Source of the DNA: Promethearchaeota archaeon Loki_b32
GTDB taxonomy: Archaea; Asgardarchaeota; Lokiarchaeia; Sigyniarchaeales; SOKP01
NCBI GenBank assembly: GCA_005223125.1
Contig: NJBH01000054.1
Location: 1-17,383 of the forward strand
DNA: 17,383 nt
Direction: 5' to 3'
The notes beneath the pieces were generated by a model. It was not told where the DNA came from. It saw nothing but the letters and a program-made list of their open reading frames with translations, and ran no database searches. Shown here one piece after another: positions 7,732-15,705 of this stretch (its first letter is position 1; every line of letters begins with the position of its first letter). The position numbers were made by a program, and so were the translations under genes.

Positions 7732-8379
7732 ATGGAATATAAAGATTTCTCTGAAGAAATAAATAATAAGATTGAAAGCATTAAAAATAGAGTTCTTGCA
7801 GGAGAAATCTCACTTTTAGATATTGATTTAGTACCTATTTTTGAGAATATAAAAGATTCCCTCACTATTTATAACATTAGTAAGTATTCGAGCACATATA
7901 TAAGTGCATTTCAGCTTCTCAGCCAAAAATTTGAAGAATTAAAAATATTCCTCAGTTATTTAGATAATCAAGATAAGTTTTTAAAATTCTTAAAGTCAAA
8001 TCCAAAAGATATTGAAATTTATCAACTATTTGAGGATTGTTGGAGAGACCCATTTATTATTGATGCCCTTTCTTTGAAATTTCTTGAATATTCTAAAGAT
8101 AGATTAGTAACTGAGAAACCAGAACCTTTAAAGATTGAACATCTTGATAAAATTAATTTAAAAGAGACCTTTTTATTAGAAATACCTGAAAAAAGATTTA
8201 CTGACAAAATGCTGGCTTTTTTTAACGTTATAAAGGATAAATTACCATGTTCATACGAAGAAATTTTTGAAAATGAACGTGATCAAATAAAAATTTTTGA
8301 AAATTTCGTATATTTATTGCATCTTTTACAGTTAAATAAGATAAAATATGAAAAAAATACTAATATGCTATACTTATAA
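7732..8379 (+). CDS. scpA: ScpA-like kleisin subunit
   Basis: Starts 13 nt after the SMC stop. N-terminal GEISLLDIDLVPI resembles the ScpA idPwDIdi motif, and C-terminal SYEEIF..IFENFVYLLHLLQLNKI resembles the kleisin winged-helix FlalLeL motif. Confidence 0.75.
   Translation: MEYKDFSEEINNKIESIKNRVLAGEISLLDIDLVPIFENIKDSLTIYNISKYSSTYISAFQLLSQKFEELKIFLSYLDNQDKFLKFLKSNPKDIEIYQLFEDCWRDPFIIDALSLKFLEYSKDRLVTEKPEPLKIEHLDKINLKETFLLEIPEKRFTDKMLAFFNVIKDKLPCSYEEIFENERDQIKIFENFVYLLHLLQLNKIKYEKNTNMLYL
8096..8257 (+). repeat. Copy 1 of a 162-bp direct repeat, internal to the kleisin gene
   Basis: Ungapped match to 10594-10755 with 16 mismatches by hand count (146/162, about 90%). Confidence 0.95.
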
Positions 8380-8385
8380 GGTAGA

Positions 8386-8546
8386 ATGAATGGAAAATAT
8401 AATATAGGTGTAACTAAAAAAGATTGTAGAGTACTCTCAAATTTGATTTAACTGTTGAAGGAATTGAAGAAGCGATGGATTATCTTCGAAAGTGTGGAAA
8501 AGATATGTATACTACTGTCAAGCATTTTAAAGGATTAAATTATTAA
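8386..8546 (+). pseudogene. Possible frameshifted small ORF directly after the kleisin gene
   Basis: MNGKYNIGVTKKDCRVL starts 6 nt after the kleisin stop. Removing one TC from GTACTCTCAAA lets it continue as KFDLTVEGIEEAMDYLRKCGKDMYTTVKHFKGLNY*. No family recognised. Confidence 0.3.
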
Positions 8547-8918
8547 AAATAAATTATTTCAAAAAAGATATTCTCAATTCTTATTTAATGTTAAATAAAT
8601 GAAAACAATTCATTTCTATTTAAAGTTTTTAATGAAAATCTTTGTCAACAAATATATTTAGTAATCAATTATAATTAGGAGTCTTGTTAATTTTTACAGA
8701 ATAGAATTTAAAAAAAAAAATTATTTTTGTTTGAACTATTGTATCATAAATTAGTCACTTAAGATAAAATTAAATTTCTGAATTATCTTCATTATAATAC
8801 TCTTTGAATTTCTCTCATATTAAAAAAAGTGTTGTCATAGATTTGATCCAATTTTATAGAAAGAGCTTAATTTCTAATTTTAATGGTTTTAGATAAGATG
8901 TATTAAAAAAGAGTTTAA

Positions 8919-10427
8919 GTGATGAGTAAGTTAATTGATGAATTAAAAGAATCTGAAATGAGATATTTCAATCTCATAAATAGTATTTTAGATATATTAT
9001 TAGAATTAAGTTTAGATTTAACTATTACATATATTAATACTCAAGGTTTTGACTTACTTGGTTATACATCGAAAGAAATAATGGGAAAAAGATTTATTGA
9101 TTTTATACATCCTGATGATACGTTGAGAATAATAGATGTAATTAATAAAGCAATAAAAAAAAAAGATAATCTCTCTACTGAACTAAAAATACAACACAAA
9201 AAAGGATATTACATCCCAATTTCTGCTAATGGCCGTCTGTTGGAGTATAATAATCAAGCCAAAATAGTGATATTGTTAAGAGATATAACTCAAATGAAAG
9301 AAGCTCAACAAAAATTAATGGAATCTGATAAAAAGTATAGAGAAATCATTGAAAATATTGAGGATGGATACTTTGAAGTAGATCTAAAGGGAAATTATAC
9401 TTATGTAAACGATTATATTTGTAGATACTTAGGAATTTCGAAAAAAGAACTATTAGGGAAGAGTTATACTTATAACTTAGATAAGAGCACTATAAATGAT
9501 GTATTTGAAATCTTTAATAATGCATATAATAATAATCTTCCAAAAGGTTCTTTTGAAAGTCAAGTTATGAGAAGTGATGGGGAAATGCGAACTATGGAAG
9601 GATCTTTTTACTTAAGATTTGACTTTAGAGGAAGAAAAGTCGGCTTTTATGGATTTACTCGAGATATTACTGAAAAAAAAGAAGCAGAAAAGAAATTAAA
9701 GCAATCAGAGAAACAATTTCGAGAAGCATACAATCGAGCTGAACTTTATAAAGATTTGTTCTATCATGATATCAATAATATATTTACTAATATAGGTTTC
9801 TCAATTGAACTTAGTGAGAAATATCTAAATAAACCAGAGAGAGAAAGTGATATTAAAGAATTTTATGAAATAATTAAAAGACAATTCGCAAGGGGAACAA
9901 AATTGATTGCTAATGTCCAAAAATTATCTTCTTTAGATAGCTCAGAAAAATCATTTAAAACTATTGAAGTGATCAAAATACTAAAAGACGCGATAAATTT
10001 TATTATAGCTAACAAGAGAAGAAGAGATATTGATATTTCTATAGATTCATTTCAAGATGAAATTTTTATCCAAGCAAATGATCTCTTAATTGATGTTTTT
10101 GAAAATTTATTAATTAATGCTTTAAATTATAATAATAAGCCTAAAGTAGAGATTCTCATAAAAATATCCAAAGAATTACAGAAAAACATAAATTTCATTA
10201 AATTTGAATTCATAGATAATGGTATTGGAATTTCTGAAAAAAAGAAAAAAATTATTTTTCAAGAAAAATTCAAAAAAGAAAAAGGATCAAAAGGTTTGGG
10301 ATTTGGTTTAACACTTGTAAAAAAAATATTAGAAAGTTATGGAGGGAAAATTTGGCTTGAAGATAGGGTAAAGGGAGATTATACTAAAGGTACTAAATTC
10401 ATTTTTCTAATCCCTGATATCAAGTAA
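8919..10427 (+). CDS. Cytoplasmic PAS-PAS sensor histidine kinase
   Basis: Two PAS domains (FIHPDD..RDIT; GNYTYVN..RDITE), H-box FYHDINN, N-box FENLLINALNY, G1 DNGIGI and G2 GLGFGL. No transmembrane segment and no adjacent response regulator. Confidence 0.93.
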   Translation: MMSKLIDELKESEMRYFNLINSILDILLELSLDLTITYINTQGFDLLGYTSKEIMGKRFIDFIHPDDTLRIIDVINKAIKKKDNLSTELKIQHKKGYYIPISANGRLLEYNNQAKIVILLRDITQMKEAQQKLMESDKKYREIIENIEDGYFEVDLKGNYTYVNDYICRYLGISKKELLGKSYTYNLDKSTINDVFEIFNNAYNNNLPKGSFESQVMRSDGEMRTMEGSFYLRFDFRGRKVGFYGFTRDITEKKEAEKKLKQSEKQFREAYNRAELYKDLFYHDINNIFTNIGFSIELSEKYLNKPERESDIKEFYEIIKRQFARGTKLIANVQKLSSLDSSEKSFKTIEVIKILKDAINFIIANKRRRDIDISIDSFQDEIFIQANDLLIDVFENLLINALNYNNKPKVEILIKISKELQKNINFIKFEFIDNGIGISEKKKKIIFQEKFKKEKGSKGLGFGLTLVKKILESYGGKIWLEDRVKGDYTKGTKFIFLIPDIK

Positions 10428-10593
10428 TTCTTATAGTATTTTTAAAATATAATATAATTATCTTTAGCATTATCCCTATGTTTGATTTAACTGTAAGGAA
10501 AAGAAATACATTATCTGCTAAAGTTTATAAAATTACCTCTAAAATAAATGATATTTTCTTTAGTCCTGAAAAGGAATACAGAGACATTTTATT

Positions 10594-10755
10594 AAGATAG
10601 ATTAGTATCTGAAAAAGTAGAACCCCTAAAGATTGAACCCATTGAAAAAATTAATTTAAAAGAGAACTTTTTATTAGAAATACCTGAAAAAAGATTTACT
10701 GACAAAATGCTAGCTTTTTTTCAAATTATTAAGGATAAATTACCATGTTCATACG
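10594..10755 (+). repeat. Copy 2 of the 162-bp direct repeat: orphan internal fragment of a kleisin gene
   Basis: Translates without stops as DRLVSEKVEPLKIEPIEKINLKENFLLEIPEKRFTDKMLAFFQIIKDKLPCSY, versus DRLVTEKPEPLKIEHLDKINLKETFLLEIPEKRFTDKMLAFFNVIKDKLPCSY in copy 1. Neither end of the gene is present. Confidence 0.95.
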
Positions 10756-10756
10756 T

Positions 10757-10957
10757 GCTGACGGAATTGTGTTTGTAGGCAATTCCGATCCAGAAAAATT
10801 AGAGTAGAATAAACGAAGTTATAGAGAACTAGTGAGTTTTGCTACGACTAAGAATATTCCTCACCTAGTCCAGTTAAAGAAAAGAGATTTGAAAAACCCA
10901 ATTACTGTTGAAAAATTTAAGATCGCGCTCGGACAGCCTCGTGATAAGGATTTTTAA
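10757..10957 (+). pseudogene. Internal fragment of an MglA-like small GTPase gene
   Basis: ADGIVFVGNSDPEKLE*NKRSYRELVSFATTKNIPHLVQLKKRDLKNPITVEKFKIALG matches the MglA pattern GADGIVFVADS..N..S..EL..IPxVVQxNKRDL. It has an internal TAG (10805-07), NKxD changed to KKRD, and no G1-G3 boxes. Confidence 0.8.
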
Positions 10958-11093
10958 TAAGATACATCTCAAAGCCTTTTAAGAAATCTACTATTGAGCT
11001 AAGTAATCCCCCACTTTTATAATGTCGAGAGAGATTTGCTACTACAAACTTCATTTCATAATGAAACCCAAAGATTGCGTTTAAATATTTCAT
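10917..11093 (-). pseudogene. Probable gene fragment of unknown family
   Basis: Open frame MKYLNAIFGFHYEMKFVVANLSRHYKSGGLLSSIVDFLKGFEMYLIKNPYHEAVRARS*, open a further 13 or so codons upstream. Protein-like composition; abuts the GTPase fragment tail to tail. Confidence 0.35.
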
Positions 11094-11517
11094 AAATTTT
11101 TCCCTAATTACCTCATTGTAAAATAGAGGACTTCAAAATCAACTCTATTTCTTTAATTTATTTCATAAAAAAATCAAAAAAATTTTGAAGCAAAATTATT
11201 TTAACTATATTTAAACAAAAAATGCAGTTGCAGAACGATTTATCAGTAAAAATTAAGACTCAACAGATCGGCAAATTGCCAGCTTCTACTACCATTTCAT
11301 AAGGAAAAATTTTCTTCACAATTTTCCAGTATATTTTTTGCAAAAATCATAAACAAAATAAAAAAAATTGACATTATTAAAAGATCATGATTTTTAATGA
11401 ATGGTCTCGGGAAATATGAATTAAACAAATAAAAAAATGTTCTGTTTAATGCATTGCAAAAACCTTATACTATCTAGCACATATTTCTTTTGGGTAGTGA
11501 TACAATTTTGGCAAATA

Positions 11518-12768
11518 TTAAAAAACAATAATTCCTTTTTGATTTTCAATTATAGAAATTACTTCCTCCTTTATCAATTCTCCATTCCATATTTTCAATA
11601 GAGAATTATATAGCTCCCACGTTGACAATAAACCCCAATCATGAGATTCAGCAATTTTAATAACTTTTTGATCAAAAAAATTCCCTCTTTCTCCTAGTTT
11701 TTTATTTCTATATGCATTACAAATGAAGATTTGCTTAATCCTTTTTACATTTTCTTCTTCTTTATTTAATTCCTCAACACGCCATTTATACATCTGTTTT
11801 ATGTTTCTTTCATGAGCAATATCTTTTAACCCTTTGATTTCTGCTATTATTTTTATATTTTCTGTTTCACATAATAAATCTGCGCGATCTACTGATTGTG
11901 TTATGTTTTGGAACCCTAATAATGAGAAAATTGTAGAAATACTATTTTCCAAAGGTTTACCATATCCATATAACAAGATTTCAAATTTTTCTATTTTCTT
12001 TATTTTTTCTTCAATTGTATGTAATTCATCAATCAACCTTTTTTTTTTAAAAGGATCATAATCCTCTAACCATTTAGGTCTTTTAATTGTAAAATCCAAA
12101 CCTTTCTTGTATAACTCAAGCCAAAATTTATCGATATTCTCTAAACATGTTTTAATAAAATCTAGTTTATTTTTAGGATGTGGTAAAAAAATTAAAAAAT
12201 TATTTTCGATCCTAACAATTAATGATATAATATTCCCTTTTTTGTTTTTAGCTAATGTATAAGAATTATTTGGTAATTCTTCTGATTTAATAGCCCAATT
12301 CCAACAAAATTGTTGATTTTTCTCATTAAAAATTAACTTAGAGAGAGTGTAATCAGGATTTATTATAATGATTTTATTTCCTTTTTTATTAGTTGATTTA
12401 GGAATACCTTCCCATAAAGAAGATATGAGGTCAGGAGTTTTATGTTTTTTCTGATTAGCAAGTATAATTTCACAAAAAATCTTAGTAGTAAAAATAAATT
12501 TAATTTGTTTTAATTCTCCAGATTTTAATGTAAGTAATTTTTTTGTCTGATTATAATCAAAATCCCTGTAATCCTCGAACTTGATAAAAAAGATATCAAA
12601 ATCTTCAAGGTTGTGGGTTTTAAAATTATTCCAATTTGTGATTTCTACTCTTATTTCATCAGGAGTTTTTAATATATCTTCATTTTCATTATTATTTATT
12701 GGATCATCTATAACTAAACAATTCCATTTATTCATAATTATTTTAATCCGAAAAGTTTTTTTTATCAA
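11518..12768 (-). CDS. Hypothetical protein with C-terminal PD-(D/E)xK restriction-endonuclease-like domain (likely start ATG 12735)
   Basis: C-terminal LENSISTIFSLLGF..RADLL..IIAEIKG..NIKQ gives a D..ExK..Q Mrr-like catalytic pattern, preceded by a short coiled coil. Confidence 0.7.
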   Translation of the reverse strand: MIKKTFRIKIIMNKWNCLVIDDPINNNENEDILKTPDEIRVEITNWNNFKTHNLEDFDIFFIKFEDYRDFDYNQTKKLLTLKSGELKQIKFIFTTKIFCEIILANQKKHKTPDLISSLWEGIPKSTNKKGNKIIIINPDYTLSKLIFNEKNQQFCWNWAIKSEELPNNSYTLAKNKKGNIISLIVRIENNFLIFLPHPKNKLDFIKTCLENIDKFWLELYKKGLDFTIKRPKWLEDYDPFKKKRLIDELHTIEEKIKKIEKFEILLYGYGKPLENSISTIFSLLGFQNITQSVDRADLLCETENIKIIAEIKGLKDIAHERNIKQMYKWRVEELNKEEENVKRIKQIFICNAYRNKKLGERGNFFDQKVIKIAESHDWGLLSTWELYNSLLKIWNGELIKEEVISIIENQKGIIVF

Positions 12769-13177
12769 ATTTTCTTTCTAGTAATTTCATTATTAACCTT
12801 GAAAAATGATAGTTTATCCATTTAAAAATAAATTTTTAGCCAAACTTTTATTTTGTCTTGATTTTGGTCGAAAGAGACTCAAATCTAGCCTCCCTCCTAA
12901 TTTTCTATTTTACGCTTTATATCTTCATATTTTTTTTAATTCCTAATTATTTTTAGTGGGATTTGTGGTATAGTATCTATTTTCAAGAAGTAATTACCCT
13001 TACAGATTTAATTGAGAGATAAACTATTTATTATTATTTTAGGCTTTTTATTTATCCCAAGATGATATATTAAAAAAACTTTTTTAAAAGATCTCAATAA
13101 AACTTATTTAGGAGTCTTTCCACTATTTATTTGAAGAAGAAAATCGAGGAAATTATTATTAATAAGGGAATTAATAA

Positions 13178-14545
13178 ATGAAGTTACCACAAAATAAAAA
13201 AAATTTGACATATGGTAATGATACAATTGATATTAATGAAGCACTAACAAAATTTTCGAACCTTTTAATACTATTTCCATATCATCCTCAGAAATCTAAA
13301 ATTGAGAATATTGGGTGGTTAACTCCTAAAAAATTCTTAAGTAAAAGTGATATTCCAAAAAAACCTTTTTGCAATCTTATTGAAATATGCCATAGAAAAG
13401 GTTTTTCAGTGTTTAAAGATTGGCTTAGTTATATTGAAAACAAAAGTCTTAATAAAAGGGAAATCGTAGAAATTAGAAAAAAATTGGTAAATCATCTAAA
13501 CGAGCTTACAAAAAATATTGATTATAAAGAAGAAAGTGATAGATTAATTCTAAATAATCAATTTAAGGAGTTGAATATATGGATTAAAAAAATGTATGAT
13601 AAAATTAACTATCTAAAGAATAAGGGGGGTTGGAGTTCAGCATTCTTAAAGCAATTAAGAAGAAGAAAAGAAATTGGGGATGCTTACAAACAATATCGTG
13701 AGGTAAAGGCTAAAAAGAGGATAAAAAAGATTGAACAATATAATCAAAGAAGGAAAGAATTAATGAACGAAGATAAATTTGAATTTAATCTTTATAAACT
13801 ATTTCCAATGAGTTATACTGGATATAAGATAGAAAGAAAACTTCCCAAAAATCCTTCAGAAAAGGAAATTCTAAAATCTAAATTACTGAGATTAGAATAT
13901 AATTCACATGTTGCTAATTCTCTCTATAATGAGGAACTTCCTTTAGAATTAGAATTCACAAAAATTTTTCACTTTAAACATAACCTAAAAGAATTTAATA
14001 TCTTAACTCCTCAAGAATTTGATAATTCTATTAATGAAATATTACAATTAATGGGCCATAATTGGGTTTCCTGTATTAATGGGGAGTTAATGCTTATAGG
14101 ATATAGCACTGAGGAAAAAGAGGAAAAAGAAGTCTTTATATATTTAAAGGAACATCAAAAAGTAATTGAAAATCTTGAAAAAGCTAAACAGCATATAATG
14201 GAAGCCGACTGGAATAGTGTCCCTCTATATTGTTGTAAAGCTATTGAACACTTTTACAAAGACATATTAGGACAAAAAAATGTATTTGAGAAATATTCAA
14301 TATCTCAATTAACTCAAAAATTAATAAAAGATATTAACACAAATTCTCTCTTTAAAAATTCACCTATTGGTATTAACGACGGAATTAAATATCTATTACT
14401 ATCAGGGGTAAATTTAATTGGAACTCTTAGGAATAGGAAGGATTCAGCTCATGCTAATCTCCTTGATGTAGAAGATTGGGAAGCCAAATTAGGTTATAGT
14501 TATACTATTTTGTTATTGAAGTCATTAATGATAATTAAAATTTAA
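13178..14545 (+). CDS. Hypothetical protein with C-terminal Abi_C/HEPN-like helical domain
   Basis: C-terminal LEKAKQHI..DWNSVPLYCCKAIE..GTLRNRKDSAH..WEAKL resembles abortive-infection C-terminal (LRNxxxxAH) HEPN-like domains. Confidence 0.6.
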   Translation: MKLPQNKKNLTYGNDTIDINEALTKFSNLLILFPYHPQKSKIENIGWLTPKKFLSKSDIPKKPFCNLIEICHRKGFSVFKDWLSYIENKSLNKREIVEIRKKLVNHLNELTKNIDYKEESDRLILNNQFKELNIWIKKMYDKINYLKNKGGWSSAFLKQLRRRKEIGDAYKQYREVKAKKRIKKIEQYNQRRKELMNEDKFEFNLYKLFPMSYTGYKIERKLPKNPSEKEILKSKLLRLEYNSHVANSLYNEELPLELEFTKIFHFKHNLKEFNILTPQEFDNSINEILQLMGHNWVSCINGELMLIGYSTEEKEEKEVFIYLKEHQKVIENLEKAKQHIMEADWNSVPLYCCKAIEHFYKDILGQKNVFEKYSISQLTQKLIKDINTNSLFKNSPIGINDGIKYLLLSGVNLIGTLRNRKDSAHANLLDVEDWEAKLGYSYTILLLKSLMIIKI

Positions 14546-14968
14546 TTAAAAATATTGAATGTCTTTGAAATTTAAAAAAAAGTCTATCGTAAATCTATTT
14601 AAAAAGATTACTTATTACTAATCTTCTCTTTAATCAAAATTGCTCCAAATGGGGATATATATCGATTGACTTTTTCTAATTCTCTTTAAACCAAGATTAA
14701 GCCTCATGAAAAAGCTCTTTTGTTTTTTCCTCCGTTTTAAGAGACACAGGGTTCGAGTCTTTTTAAATTTTGTCCAAATTTCATTTGAAATTGGGTTGGA
14801 AAGGTAAATTCAGAGTCTGAGTTCAATGAAAATCCATTGAAAAATCAAGAATTTCTACATTTTTTTTCTAAATTTATGGAATTTCCATTTACTAATGGAG
14901 AATATTCTTGAGTATTATTTTTATATCTTTCTTTCCTATTTTTCCTCTAAATAGATCTTATGTTATAG

Positions 14969-15640
14969 TTGTTTCTAATGGAATTTGAAGAAAGACTTAC
15001 AGTTATCTTTTTAGAATTTATTAAACAGTCAATCGATTTTAAACATTTTATAGATGATATAACAAAACAAATTGAAATTCAGAGAAAGGATGGAATTTGG
15101 AGTGATCTTTTTAATTCAATTATTAAAAATCAAAACTCTCTTTTTTCAAAAATTGTTCATATATATAGTATTACTATATTTGAAACTTTTAGTCGAGAAT
15201 TTTTTGATGAATTAAATAAAGAAAAAAATTTGTCAAAAAAGAGATTTAAGACTACTCCCTCTAAAATATTGAAATTCTTCGAAAGTAATTTTCAAATAAA
15301 CCTTGAGAATGAATTTAAATTATGGGAGGATTTAAGAGAAAATATTTGTAGAAGGAATGTTATCGCTCATAATTTGGGTAAAATCGATCAACATTATATA
15401 GATTGTATGAATTATCCTAATTCTGTTCTAATAGATAAAATGATTGGGACAGATCTTGAACATAATTTACTCTATATAAAGAAGTCGAACGATACTGTTG
15501 GTAAATACATTGCTTTTACGTTCAAAAAAATTGCAGAGTTTTATAATTTTATTGATATCGAATCCACAGTAAGAAGTATAGCAGAAAATGATTATTTTGA
15601 TGACGTTAATCCAAACTTTCTTGATGATGTAGAAATTTAA
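14969..15640 (+). CDS. Stand-alone HEPN-domain protein, putative RNase (likely start ATG 14978)
   Basis: Canonical RxxxxH motif in RRNVIAHNLG, plus the upstream conserved acidic helix ITIFETF. Confidence 0.75.
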   Translation: MFLMEFEERLTVIFLEFIKQSIDFKHFIDDITKQIEIQRKDGIWSDLFNSIIKNQNSLFSKIVHIYSITIFETFSREFFDELNKEKNLSKKRFKTTPSKILKFFESNFQINLENEFKLWEDLRENICRRNVIAHNLGKIDQHYIDCMNYPNSVLIDKMIGTDLEHNLLYIKKSNDTVGKYIAFTFKKIAEFYNFIDIESTVRSIAENDYFDDVNPNFLDDVEI

Positions 15641-15705
15641 TTGTGTATTTAGAATGAGACGTGAAAGATTATGCTCTTGTTTCTTAGGTCACCATTTATC
15701 ATTTT

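Noticed and set aside
7644-8207. Minus-strand ORFs 7644-7865 and 8022-8207
   Set aside because: Antisense to the smc and kleisin genes.
2972-8379. Wadjet (JetABCD) or Rad50/SbcC assignment for the SMC locus
   Set aside because: The protein has a globular SMC hinge rather than a CxxC zinc hook, there is no Mre11/SbcD or JetD Toprim nuclease, and gene order and sizes do not fit.
8415-8450. BHB intron explanation for the micro-ORF frameshift
   Set aside because: No acceptable central helix or paired bulges could be drawn.
10762-10787. Hairpin CGGAATTG..CAATTCCG as a second BHB intron
   Set aside because: The flanks do not form a central 4-bp helix with two bulges, and the sequence itself encodes the GTPase GIVFV motif.
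11834-12781. Plus-strand ORFs 11834-12061 and 12581-12781
   Set aside because: Antisense to the nuclease-like gene.
14741-14762. GGGTTCGAGTC resembling a tRNA T-loop or att remnant
   Set aside because: The T-stem pairs poorly and there is no acceptor stem or cloverleaf.
14600-14900. Degraded minus-strand coding remnant between the HEPN-like genes
   Set aside because: Multiple stops in all minus-strand frames and no recognisable family.
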